From Caecitellus pseudoparvulus (taxonomy: Eukaryota > Protista > Bigyra: Bicosoecida): a stretch of DNA of 64,000 nt. Made by a program: the position numbers and the translations under genes. Shown in pieces: positions 10,975-22,800 of the stretch; within the stretch, counting starts at the first letter, position 1, and every line of letters begins with the position of its first letter. The stretch lies in NCBI GenBank assembly GCA_965644315.1, contig CBFFRQ010000053.1:558001-622000 (forward strand), read 5' to 3'. The notes under the pieces were generated by a model. It saw only the letters and a program-made list of their open reading frames with translations. It did not search any database and had not been told where the DNA came from.

Positions 10975-12988
10975 CTACTCCACTTGGCCTGGCGTGCCCG
11001 CCAGCTGCCCTGACGCGATGGCCCGGCCGATGGCGGACTTGTAGGCAACGCGGGAGCTGGGCAGGGGGCTGGGCGGCGGCAACACGCTGCGGCCAGGCGC
11101 CACCATGCCAGCCAAGCCCGACGTGTACGATGACACCATGGTCTTCTCACCAACAAAGTCGCGCCCAGTGGATCGCCCCAGCACTGCCGCCTTCAGCGCG
11201 TGGCTTGCGTTGGGGGCGCGGGCAGAGCCAGGCGCAGGCGCCAAGCCAAGCCGTGTGCGCTGGCCAGTGTGCCGGGAGGAGGCATTCGCTGCCATGCCGG
11301 CATAAAAGCCAGTGGCAATGTGTTTGTGCTCGTCACTGGCGTCGACGCCCTTGGCAGCTGTAAGCGCCATGCGCACGCGCTCTTCAGAGGACGCCGAGGG
11401 GGATGGTGCGGAAGCGCCCTGCAACGCAGCGCTGCTGGCGCTGCGCGCGTTCACCACTGCCGCCCAGCGCATCTCGTTCAGCTGCGTCTGGTACTGCTTC
11501 AAGGCACGTTTGTGTGCCCGCAGCTCGTCCTGCACGCGGGTGAGGGTCTCCTGCGCAGCATCCCGGTCAGCCTCCGCCGCCGCCGTGCGTGCTTCCGCTG
11601 CCGCCGTTGCTTCCTTCGCTAGCTGCGCCTCCAACTCGTACTGGCTCGCGCGGCCGACAGCCGAGTCCAAGGTTTCGTCTGCGCCCGCTGCCAACAAGCC
11701 TGAAGCCGCGAGGCGTGCCTCTGCTGCCGCGCGGCGGCCTTCCGCGGCTTCCAGGCTCGCCTCCAAATCCGCAACTGTCGCGCGCAAGGCAGCGTTCTCC
11801 ACTTCCGCGTCCTCGGCACGGCGCTCTGCGCCGCTGACAGCCTTGTGGGCGATGGCAGCGCGCTCAGCCGCCAACTCTGCCTGCAGCTGCGACGTGGTCA
11901 GTTCGTCCCTCAGCGCAGACACCTGGGAGGTCAGGCTGGTGACGCTTGCTCGTGCGTCCATGAGCTGTGTCGTGAGGTGCGACACCTCAGCCTCCGAATC
12001 CGCCGCCCGCGCCGTGCTGCGCTGCGCCGCATTGCGCGCTGTCTTGGCCTCCGTCCGGGCGTCTTCCAGCATCCTGGCCATGTCGCTGGTGCGCTCGCCG
12101 CCCTGCAGCGCCTGCCCTGACAACACGGCGTTTTCGTGCCGCAGCTCACTCAACGCCGTCTGCAGGCGCCTGCGCTCCTCCCCCCACTCGCTGCGCTGGC
12201 GCTCCACGTCAGCAGCGTGCAGGCGGGACGCGTCCACGAACTGGCTCTCCAGGCTCTGGGCGCGTGCCTGCCACTCGCGCAGGCGCTGCTGTGTCGCCGT
12301 CAACACGCCTTCCGTCTCCACCTCCTCAGACAGCACCTTGTCCAGGTCCCGGCGCTGCGCCGCCAGCAGGGCCGCCACCCGCTCGTTCTCGGAGCGCATC
12401 TCGGAGATCTTGTCCGACAGTCGCTCCACGGTGTCTGACAGCTCGCCCTCCGTCGCCTCGGCCTCCGCCACCCGCCCCTGCAGCTTCCGCTCACGGTCCT
12501 TGTACGCGGCCAGCGCGCGCTCCAACTCCGACACACGCGTGCTGGTGACTTCATCCTTCGCCGACAATGCAGCGCCTTCTTCCAGCTTCTGCGTCTTTGC
12601 GTCTGCAAGCTGCGCTCGCACTTGCAGATACTTCACGCGCAGCTCCTGCACCTCAGCCTCCAGCCCCGCCTTGTCCCCAGCCAGCGCAGTGCTTGTCGCT
12701 GACAAATCCTTCGTCGTGCTCTGCACATGAACGTCGCGGGTTGGTACGGCACTGTACGCGGCCCAAGGAGCAATGCGCCTCGCCGCGAACGCTGCAGGGC
12801 GGCCTTGCAATTTCCGCTCGGACCCACTGCAACCAACTCACAACCGCAACGGACAAGCGCTTCTGCAGCTCCTCATTCAGCTTCTGCAGCTGCAAAACTT
12901 GCACATGCAGATTCGCGATTGTCGAAGCGTCGCTGGCGTGCAGGTCCAGCTGCCCAGCGCCATCACTGCCTGTAGCTGTGCCGGACAT
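10975..12988 (-). CDS. Long coiled-coil protein of unknown function; 2 exons
   Basis: ATG 12988 (MSGTATGSD...LQKRLSVAV), phase-0 intron 12841-12721 (GTGAGT..TGCAG), then an E/A/R/L-rich heptad ORF to TAG at 10975. Confidence 0.8.
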
Positions 12989-14851
12989 GGCAAGTGAGGG
13001 TTGGCGCACGTGTCAACTCCCGCAGCGGCGGCCACGACGGGCAGGCTTCACGGGTAGGAAACGCGTGAACAAAGGCAACGCCGTGTGTGAGCTTTGCGAC
13101 AGCTTGCTTTTTGCCGGGTTACGCTGCAATGCAAGCGCATGCCAGCTTGGCGAAAAAGACAGTAGAAATGCTGGTAAGAATAAAAAGAAGGGTGCAGCAT
13201 GCTATTTTTTACGTTCGGATAGAATGATGCAATGTGAAGTTGCTGTTCAGCATGCTGGTTGTGAAGCGCATTAAGAGGTATATGAGCCATGCAGGAAAAC
13301 TTCGATGCATGACTGTTGCAGTGGGCGGGCGCTGCAACGCAAGCACAGTGTCAAGCAAGACCTGGCTTTGCACAGCAGCAGAGGGAAACAGTGTACCTTG
13401 CGCAAGTAAGCCTCGTGGTGTTGTCCCCGCTCTCCTCGCCGCAAGTCTGGCGAAAAGACGCGAGCGCCATGTCGCTGCCCCTCGTGGCGCACGCACTTGC
13501 TGGATGAGGGCGGGGCCGGCGGTCAGCGCAACCTTGTCGCCTACGGACATGAGTGCAGCGCAAAGCGTGGAAAATGCACCGCGGATGCATTGCTGCAGCA
13601 AAAAATGGTCGACTTGGGTGATGAGCCATACCCAGGCTGACGCCTGCAGCCTCCTGGCACTCAGTTCGCGAGAGCACGGAATACTCCGCATACCGTTGGC
13701 CTTCAGGAGCCGCAGATGCCGCACTGGGCAAGTCACTCGGATGCACCCGCTACCCGGGTACAGCTTTCGTTTGGGTCTCACAGCGAGGCATGTCTGCTTC
13801 ACACTCCCACTTTTCTTGTTTGCCGTAGCATGGCCCTACTGACAGGGCCGGCCTCTGATGGAGAATATACTAGCTATCTCGAACTAGCACCCCATCCTAA
13901 CTCACGAAAAGCGAGCTGAGAGGCATGAGAGTTTGTGAGTCCAACCAGCTGTCCCCACCCGCCAGGATGTACCGCGCAGCGGCACCAATGCGCCCACTAG
14001 CACGCCCGACGGGCTGCAGCACCAGGCAGGCCTGGTTCCTTCGACCAAAGATTGTCCCACCACGCCAGTTCTTGAGTCCCCAGCTCACCGGTGTGCACCG
14101 CAGCACACGCAGCGGGCGACTCACAGACCCTGTCCGCGCGCGACCGCACCCCAACATAGCCAAGTGACGCCCACGCACTGCACACAATCCACATGCATGG
14201 GGGCCGTCCCCCACGCACCACCCTTCAGCGCACGAAAGCACACAGTCCACAACCACCTGGGCACAATGCCAAGCACTTGCGCGAAGAGCGCGCGGCGTCC
14301 ATTGCTCTGACTGCGGAATGACTCGATAAAAAGACACCCAACCCTGCGGGTCGGGTGCCAGGGGGTACAGCATGCGTGATTTGATCGAATATTACTTCGG
14401 GAACTCATGAGGTTGCTGTAAGCATGCTGGCAAGGATCGAGCCATCGTCCCCTATGAGCTACGAATGCACCCCCCTTAACCTGCGCAAGGCAGTGGGCAG
14501 TTGCCGCACGAAGACCGCCTGGCCTTCGGAAGAACCTTGAGAAAGGGTGAAGAGTCCAGCTGGTGGTGTGCCTGCCATCAGGCCGAACTGGGCGTGTGCA
14601 GCAGCCGGGCGGAGGATCGCAGCAGCTGAGCGGCGCTGGAGACGGAACGAAGCCGGACCCCAGGGTAGCGACGCGGCAGCCTACATACACATCATGACAG
14701 CTAAAGCAATCATTCCCATTTGCTGGCTGTGATGGAAAGGCTTCGCGCGGCGGGAACGCCTCGTGCAGACCATCCAACAAAAGCCACCACGCCAGCCTGC
14801 GCAAAAACGCACTGCACACGCCAGCGACTGCACCACACAGCACACGAAGAA

Positions 14852-15475
14852 CGTCTGAAATGCAACAGTGACAGCCACCACACCCCACATTGCACGCAGC
14901 GCTCGCCGCGCCCCAACAACGCCGCAGATCATGCGCGGAGCAGCAGTTTCCGCACCCCACCCCACCACGCCAAGGGCGCTGGGCGGCCCAAAAAGATTGC
15001 ACTGTTCAAAGGACGGCTAGATTCGCGGCTCCTCCTTGGAGCCGTGAGTCCTGCGTTGTCCTCACCGCCGTGGTTCACCCTCGGACTGCGCGCTCAGCGC
15101 GCTAGTCCTGGTGTTCCCACCTCTCCCCACACCACCAGCAACTTCTGGTGACCCATGCCTGGCTGGTCGGTCGGGGACTCGCATTGCCCCTGTGCGGCAT
15201 GCACTGGCCCGGCAAGACGCTTGCGCGCCCCCCATGGGTTCCCAAGTACAACCATCACTGAGCATGCAATCCCATGACCACCTACCAGGCACAGCTCACG
15301 CTGCGCGGTGTGGGGGAGTTGCGGTACCAGGAGAGCCTGGTTCCGTCAGCACAGTAGAGTGCGTGGGGCGGCGCAATGTAAGGGCCGGGAGCATGGCCGA
15401 GGTGTGCGCACACTGCAGTGGGCGCCTGCCGTCTTCATCGCCAGCACCTCAACACCCTCTAGCGCTCCAATGCAC
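14852..15475. repeat. Direct repeat, copy 1 (624 bp)
   Basis: CGTCTGAAATGCAACAG...CCAATGCAC, nearly identical to 16159-16783 (scattered substitutions and a 1-nt indel). Confidence 0.95.
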
Positions 15476-16158
15476 CCTGGCTTCACACAAGCGTTCCCCA
15501 GCACCAAGATGGAGTCCTCATATCGATACGGCGACTGACGTGGGTGGAGAAGAAACAGCGCCTGTGCATGCACTGGGTAAGAGTGGAAGGAGGAACCAGC
15601 GTAGCTGCAGGACTTGCAAAAAAGAGTGGCCGATCAAGGCGACGAGTCAGAACCCCGGGTCTGCCCCCTGCAGCTTCTCAGGCACAACAGCAATTGATTC
15701 CTGCTGCGTCCGAAAGGAGGCAAGGGGGCCCCCAGGGCACACGAATCCCGTTTACGCCAGCTGACAAGAGTACAGAGTTAGCGAAGGCGCAAGCGTGAAT
15801 CTGTTGGGTCGCTGGGGGGCAGACCCATCCAGGCACACTTGCAAATCTCCTCTCCGTCCTCCACCGGCATGTGTGCAGGCATTTCGCTCTTGGATCTTGA
15901 GGAGGGCATGCGCCCTCCTTCGTAACCCTGGGGAGGAGTTCGAGGAGGGTGCTGAATCACACCTCAAGGCCGTTCACGCACACACACCGCTGTGCCAGCA
16001 CCAGGAAAGCCTGGTTCCGTCGGCCAGGAAATCGTGTGCCACGCCAAACTATAAGTCCGCAAGCGCCACCACGCCAGCCGCCCCACACAGCGGGCGAAAG
16101 CACGCAGGCACACCTCGCTCATGCGCACTCATGCACGGCAGACTATGACAAGCATGAG

Positions 16159-16783
16159 CGTCTGAAATGCAACAGCGACAGCCACCACACCCCACATTGC
16201 ACGCAGCGCACGCCACGCCCCAACAACACCGCAGATCATGCGCGGAGCAGCAGTTTCCGCACCCCACCCCACCACGCCAAGGGCCCCGCGCGGCCCAAAA
16301 AGATTGCACTGATCAAAGGACGGCTAGATTCGCGGCTCCTCCTTGGAGCCGCGAGTCCTGCGTTGTCCTCACCGCCGTGGTTCACCCTCGGACTGCGCGC
16401 TCAGCGCGCTAGTCCTGGTGTTCCCACCTCTCCCCACACCACCAGCAACTTCTGGTGACCCACGCCTGGCTGGTCGGCCGGGGACTCGCATTGCCCCTGT
16501 GCGGCATGCACTGGCCCGGCAAGACGCTTGCGCGCCCCCCATGGGTTCCCAAGTACAACCATTCACTGAGTATGCAATCCCATGACCACCTACCAGGCAC
16601 AGCTCACGCTGCGCGGTGTGGGGGAGTTGCGGTACCAGGAGAGCCTGGTTCCGTCAGCACAGTGGAGTGCGTGGAGCGGCGCAATGTAAGGGCCGGGAGC
16701 GGGGCCGAGGTGTGCGCACACTGCAGTGGGCGCCTGCCGTCTTCATCGCCAGCACCTCAACACCCTCAAGCGTTCCAATGCAC
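16159..16783. repeat. Direct repeat, copy 2 (625 bp)
   Basis: Matches 14852-15475 and ends 7 bp from the stop codon of the PPR gene. Confidence 0.95.
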
Positions 16784-16790
16784 GCACAAT

Positions 16791-19541
16791 CTACTCCACG
16801 GTGACCTTGATTGGCACACGCAATTTGGGTGAATCCGCAGCGACACTGGGGCTGGCATCACCGTTTTCCCTTGCCACGCGCTGCTTGCCACTGCTTGCCA
16901 GCTCAATGTCCGCCACCGACACGCCGTCTGGGCCCACCTTCGGCAAGGCCTGAGACGCTGCAACCAGCCACGGCGCCAGGTGGGCCCACTGCACGGCGAC
17001 AGACTGCTGCGTCACACTGCACGCGACCCGCGGCGCCCCTTTCACCGCCGTGCAAGCCTGCACCTCCTTCACCAGCCACGCCGCGTGGCGCTGCCCGCGC
17101 TCCTCCGAGGTGTCGCCCAGTCGCAAGTGCAGGGAGCGGCCTTTCAGAGGGTGCCTCTCCACGCCCCCCTGCGCTGCGTGGCCCGCCTGCTGCCACAGGA
17201 ACCACTGCACGTACAGCCCACGCACGGTGGGGGACACGTCTGCGACGTCCACCAGCGCCACACTGGGCAGCAGGCCGCGCAGGCCCTCCGAGGGGCGAAG
17301 GCGCTCCCCGAACAGGCCTGCCGAGTGCAAGGTGGCGAGCAGGGACAGCGCCACCCACCGCCCGCTGCCCCGCTTGGCCTGGGTGATGGCCTGGTCGCAG
17401 ACGGCGATGCTGTCACCGGGGGGCAGCCCAGCCGCCACCAGTGCCTCGGCAGCCGCCTGCAGGGCCTCCCGGTGCTGGCGCTGCATCTTGACGTGACGCA
17501 GGCCTGACAGCGCTGCCAGGAGGCTGGCTCCACTGGGGCGCCCCACGGACGCCTGCAGGGCCAGCACCACCTCTGCCGCGAGCTGCGCCTGGCCTGTCGC
17601 GACAGCCTCCGACAGGATCTGGTTGAAGGGGGCTTCGTCCAGGTCGGAGGGGGGTGGCGCCACCTGTCCTGCGGCCCGGGCCAGGCTCATGCCCAAGCTC
17701 TCGCTGAGCCCCCCCCCTGTCTGGGTCGGAGGACCGTCGCTGTCGCTGAGCATGCCGTCACTGATGTGCCCCGGGGCCCCCTCGCCCCGCCGCTGCCTCC
17801 CGGCCGCCTCGTGCTGTGGCGCACTGCTGCACAGTTCCTCCAGCAGCCGGCGCAGGGCAGCCTCGCCTGCGCCCGAGCCACGCACCCGCTCGTACGCGGG
17901 CTGGCGCAGGGCGATGCTGATGCGGAGGGAGGCCAGGCGCGCCGCACTGCCGCCCTCTGCGGCCAGCTTCTCTGCAGCAGCGGACGCCTCGGCCAGACGC
18001 CCCGCCCGTGTGAGGGAGGATACGAGCAGGCCCCACGTGTGGCCGTCTGGGGCGATGCTGCCGCCCACATGCTGCATGACGCGCACCGCCGCCTGCACCG
18101 CGTCCAGCTCGCCCTGCGCCACCATGCTGCGCAGAGCAACGTTCACGTGCCCCGCCAGCACGGCGCCGGTCCGGGCCTCCTGGGGCGGCACGGCCTCCAC
18201 CAGCTGCCGCACTGAGGCGTGCTGCCCGGCGGCGTACAGCTCACGCAGCAGGCGCATGAACGAGCCGTGGTCGGGGATGACACGGCAGCGCAGGAGGAGG
18301 TTGAAGGCAAGCTGGGCGGCTGCCGACAGCGCCTCGGCCGCCTCGCCAGGGCGCCCCTCGGAGGTGGACAGCAAGTCAGCAAGCACCTGCACCCCCAGCG
18401 CCTGCGCTGGGGGCAGGGCAGTGTCGTCGCCCCGCCGCCAGACACCGTCACCCCCTCCCTCCTCCGCTGCCGCCGCTGTGTGACCCGTCTCGCTGTCGGA
18501 GTCGGAGTCACACAGCTCGGCCCCAGCTGCTGAGCCCCCCTCCAGCCCCTCCAGCAGGCTCTCAAACGCCGCCACAGCGCCCTGGGCGTCACCACTCCGC
18601 AGCAGGGCCCGCACAAAGGCGAAGTGCAGGGCCTGCTTGCCGTCTGGCGAGTCCAGGTACGCCTGCAGGCGCGGGTCGGAGCCGGCCGCTGCCAGGACGG
18701 CGGTGACCAGGGTGTGTGGCAGCTGCCCCACAGCGACGTGCCCACACGCGCCCAGCACCTCCAGGGCCAGTGCAGGGGTGAAGAGGGAGGGGCGGTCTGC
18801 GAGGGGCAGCCGCCCGTCACCGCGCGCGCCGCCGGCGGGCGGCTGCAGCACCAGCTGCCCGTCCACCCACTGCGGCATGGGCGCCTCCAGCGCGTCAACC
18901 ACCGCAGCACAGGCGCCAGCCTCGCCCAGCGCAGCCGTGAGGGCGCGCAACAGGGCAACGAAGAGCTTTTCGTCCCCATTGGCATGGCCGGCTTCGCCGA
19001 CAGCCCAGAGGACGGGAGACTGCGGTAGGTGAGTGGCCAGCCCGACGACGGCAGCTGACGCGGCAGCTTGGGACAGCGGCACTCCCGAGGCAACGGCAGC
19101 CGCGCTGACCTGCTGCAGGGCCTGCCCGTCACCCGCATCGGACAGGGCATCGAATAAAATCTCCAGGGCTGTGCTGCCCTCCAGCAGGGCACACGCCTCG
19201 GGGCTGTGCTGGAACTGCAGGAGCAGCTCCGTAAGGTGGCGGAAGTTGGACGCGTCAATGCTGTCGGTGACGAGTTGGAAGAAGTCCTCCGCGGGGACGG
19301 TCTCCCCCATCATCAGCTGCCCCTGCCACATCATGCTGCGGTGACTGAGAGGGACCCAGGGCGTGACCAAGCAGAACCTCGCAGAGGCGCGCCGCTGACC
19401 TGGCAGCCTGCGGAACTTGGAACCTGCCCTCGCCCACGGGGCAGTGCCCCGCGCCACGAGGGGCGATAAATTGTGCAGGCTCACATGGTGCTGGGCCTGG
19501 CAAAGCGCCTCCAGGGACAGCTGCCGCATGCAAGACGCCAT
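16791..19541 (-). CDS. Pentatricopeptide-repeat (PPR) protein with a possible degenerate C-terminal SMR-like domain; start uncertain
   Basis: PPR-like units IPDHGSFMRLLRELYAAGQ, HVNVALRSMVAQGELDAV..IAPDGHTWGLLVSSLTRAGRLAEA, DEAPFNQILSEAVATGQ. ATG at 19541 is in a GCCATGG context within the 1001-aa ORF. Confidence 0.7.
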   Translation of the reverse strand: MASCMRQLSLEALCQAQHHVSLHNLSPLVARGTAPWARAGSKFRRLPGQRRASARFCLVTPWVPLSHRSMMWQGQLMMGETVPAEDFFQLVTDSIDASNFRHLTELLLQFQHSPEACALLEGSTALEILFDALSDAGDGQALQQVSAAAVASGVPLSQAAASAAVVGLATHLPQSPVLWAVGEAGHANGDEKLFVALLRALTAALGEAGACAAVVDALEAPMPQWVDGQLVLQPPAGGARGDGRLPLADRPSLFTPALALEVLGACGHVAVGQLPHTLVTAVLAAAGSDPRLQAYLDSPDGKQALHFAFVRALLRSGDAQGAVAAFESLLEGLEGGSAAGAELCDSDSDSETGHTAAAAEEGGGDGVWRRGDDTALPPAQALGVQVLADLLSTSEGRPGEAAEALSAAAQLAFNLLLRCRVIPDHGSFMRLLRELYAAGQHASVRQLVEAVPPQEARTGAVLAGHVNVALRSMVAQGELDAVQAAVRVMQHVGGSIAPDGHTWGLLVSSLTRAGRLAEASAAAEKLAAEGGSAARLASLRISIALRQPAYERVRGSGAGEAALRRLLEELCSSAPQHEAAGRQRRGEGAPGHISDGMLSDSDGPPTQTGGGLSESLGMSLARAAGQVAPPPSDLDEAPFNQILSEAVATGQAQLAAEVVLALQASVGRPSGASLLAALSGLRHVKMQRQHREALQAAAEALVAAGLPPGDSIAVCDQAITQAKRGSGRWVALSLLATLHSAGLFGERLRPSEGLRGLLPSVALVDVADVSPTVRGLYVQWFLWQQAGHAAQGGVERHPLKGRSLHLRLGDTSEERGQRHAAWLVKEVQACTAVKGAPRVACSVTQQSVAVQWAHLAPWLVAASQALPKVGPDGVSVADIELASSGKQRVARENGDASPSVAADSPKLRVPIKVTVE

Positions 19542-19815
19542 GGCGTTTGCAGGCAGGCGCGTCGGTCGCGAGGAGTGGCGGAGCAGGAATGTGAGACACT
19601 TCGTGCATTGCGGCCACCTCGCGGCACGCCCAAGGGGGCGGCGCGCCACGAGCTGGCGCTCAGCATGGCTCGGCTCAGCGGTGCAGGAGGGCGGATCGGG
19701 GGCTGAGACAAGGGGGCTCCCTGCTCCCACTCCCCCTCCTGCCGCTGGACCAGTCACAAGGGAAGCGCCGGGCACGGCACGCGGACAGAAGGACACTACA
19801 CCCTGCCGCCGGCGC

Positions 19816-22800
19816 TCACTGGCGCCGCGGCCCGATCATGTCCTCGGTGTCGAAGGAAATGTCCCCGATGCCGTCGAAGTCGCCCGCTGCCAGCATGCGC
19901 GCCAGCTCGGAGTCCGAGCGGAAGCGGGGCACCTCCTCCGCCAGCGGCGTGCGCTCGTGGTCGGACAGGGCGCCGTCGGAGCCCACATCCTCCACGTCGA
20001 TGTGCAGGTCTGCGTTGGGGTCCACGCGCGTGCGCTTGCGGGAGTCACCGTCAGCCACCTCGGGACGGGCGTGGCCGCCGGCGTCGCCAGCCGCACTGCG
20101 CAGGCCCAAGCGCCCCTCAGTGTCCGTGTCGTAGTCGGAGTCCACCTCGGACACCTGCTGCCCGTCCAGGGTGACGAAGTTGTAGATCCAGTTGAAGCGG
20201 AAGCCGCCCCAGGTGGACTTGGTGGGGTCGTTCTTGACCACTTCGTGCAGGAAGATGACGTCCCGCGGGTGCAGGCGGTAGATGTACTTCTTCTTGTCCA
20301 GGGGCAGAGGGAAGTTCACCACGTCTGTGTCGGAGCCAGAGGACAGCGTCAGCTCGAAGTCCAGCGGCATGCGCTTCTGCGACACGACGCGGTACACCAG
20401 GTGCAGCTTGCCGTCCTCCCCAGTGAACTCGTGGGCGCAGCAAGAGACGCCCTGGGCGGCGCTGTTGGACACGACACGCCCCATCTGGCGGCGGAAGACG
20501 ACAGCCATCTCCTCGTCGCTGTCCAGGCGCAGGGGCAGGGTGCGTGGCGCTGGTGCGAAGGACCCTGCCAAAGCGCCCAGTGCGCGCACTGTGGGTTCGG
20601 GCACGCGCCAGGCGGTGCTGGGGGGGAGGCTGGCAATGTCCACTGGCTCCCCTGCCGCGGCACCCGCGCTCTCGCCACTCGCTGCGGCCTGACCCGTGAC
20701 GGTGGCAGTGCACAGGACGCCGCCTTCCGGGACGGCACAGAGGGGGGCGGGGTCCGCGCCCGTCGCCACGGCCGCGACGGCGTCCACCACGGCATCACCC
20801 GCCCGGCGCAGCTCGCGCCAGGCGCGCAGGTCTGCCTGCAGGGCATCCCGCGCCTTGGCGTCCACCACCTTGCCAGAGAGGGACACCTCCAGGTGGTGCA
20901 GGAGCCACTCGCCCATCCAGTCTGCGTGCCGGTCGAAGGCCACCGGCTGGTGCTGCTCTGCGAGCGGGCGCACGAAGTTGGCCAGGGGCTCCTCCACGGC
21001 GGGCAGCTGCACCGGCGCCCGCATGGCGTCTGCAGCGATGTCCGCGCTCTTGGAGGGGTTGGGCACCGGCACTTGTTCCTGGTTGGCCCACGGCGGGCTG
21101 GCCAGGCGCGCTGCAGTGGGCGCATGCCGGGTGAGTGGCGGCAGGCGCCACACGTACAGCAGGGCCATGGGGTTGCTCTGCATCAGCTTCATCAAGCGCC
21201 GGATGGAGCTGAGGACATACCTGGGCCCAGAGTACTTGCGGCGGTAAATGGCGTACAGTGCGCCGCCGTTGACGCCGCTCAGCGCCAGCATGCGGCTCAC
21301 ACGGGCCATCTGCAGCTCCGTCGGCTCGGCCGGCGGCGGCTCCTGGCCCTCCACAGCCTTGGGGGGCGGCGGTGGCAGGTGCTCCAGGCCCATGCCTGCA
21401 CCAGCCAGGTGGTGCCGGAGGTGGTGCGGGTCGCCCAGCAACAGCGCGATGCGGCGCAGCTGCAGGGAGTCCTTCAGCCCCGCCAGGCCGTCGATGATGT
21501 CCCAGTACGACTCCACGGCGCCCTCCATGGCCATGTTGACGTTGCTGGACACCGTCGCGCACACCGTGGCGGTGAAGTCGGGGTTCTCCCACACCAGGTG
21601 CTGCAGCAGCTTGGCCACGGCATCGGAGCCGCCCAGCCCCTTCAGGGCTGACTCGAAGAACTTGGGGATCTTCAACAGGCACAGGCCGAAGGCCTTGGTC
21701 GACAGCCCCTCCTCCTTCAGCTCCTCCGCCGTCAGCGTCAGGCTGTCGCCCGTGGCGGGGTCCAGCGGCGCCGCGAACGCCGTCTCGGGCTCCAGCATGG
21801 TGGGGGCGGCCGACGTCGCCACCGCCTGCGCGAAGTCAGCTGGAAGGCGCGAGCGCAGGGTGGCGATGAAGCCCTTGTGCCCGCCAGTGCCCTCCCGCGC
21901 AAAGGCAGGCAGGGAGATGCCCCGCACAAGGGTGGAGACGGTCTCTAGGAGGGGGCCCCACTTGGGGCTGGCCCGCGGGTTGCCCACGCCGTCGCGCTTG
22001 GCCTTGGGCGGGCGCACCGCCGCGGTGAGGGCTTCGGGGCTCTCCTTCTCCAGCAGCATGTCCACGAGGCACTCCACGACGCCGTTGGCCACCATGACGC
22101 GGCGCATGGGCGCGCCGAACGTCGCGGCACGGGACAGCAGGCTGAAGTACTGCTCGAAGCGGGGCCAGTTGGCGTAGGCGCCCTCCAGGTTGTCCAGCAG
22201 CAGGGCCAGGAAGCGCACAGACACGGCACGGGAGGTGCGCATGGTGCTCCATGGCGCCTGCCAGCCGCCCTCCGCCTCGGCCGCCGCGGCAATGCGGTCC
22301 TGCTCCGCCTTGGTCAGGGCACCCGCGTCGGTGGCAGCGAACAGGGCCGCATGCCCCCCCTCGGCCTCCTTCCCATACACGCTCTGCATGGAGGCGCCCA
22401 GGACGCCCACGAGGCCCTTGCGCACAGCGTCCGAGGGGCACTTCAGCAGTGCCTCCTGCATGGGCTCGGGCGCCGCCAGGAAGCCCTGCAGCACGTCTGC
22501 CGCGGCAGCAGGGAAGGTGGACACCACCTCGCACAGCACCGCCGCGACGTCGGCGAAGGTGCTGTTGTTGTCGGCCTTGCTCAGGATGGAGAGGGCGTAG
22601 TTGAGGCTGGTGTTCACGAGCCTGCACCCCGCCTCCTCGTCACCCTCCTGCACGACGGTGGTGGCGGCACGGGAGATCATGGCAGACATGAACGTGAAGA
22701 ACTCCGAGGAGTACACGTCCTGGTCCCGCAGGAACCGCACGTTGTCAGCGAAGACGTCTGACAGGATGCCAGGCGGCAGCAGCCGCTCCACGACCGTCTG

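Noticed and set aside
14021-16649. CRISPR-like array based on the palindromic motif
   Set aside because: Only four copies, hundreds of bp apart and irregularly spaced, with no cas genes, in eukaryotic DNA.
14856-16782. Bona fide LTR retrotransposon
   Set aside because: No gag/pol remnant recognised in the spacer, and no TSD, PBS or PPT. Kept only as a direct repeat.
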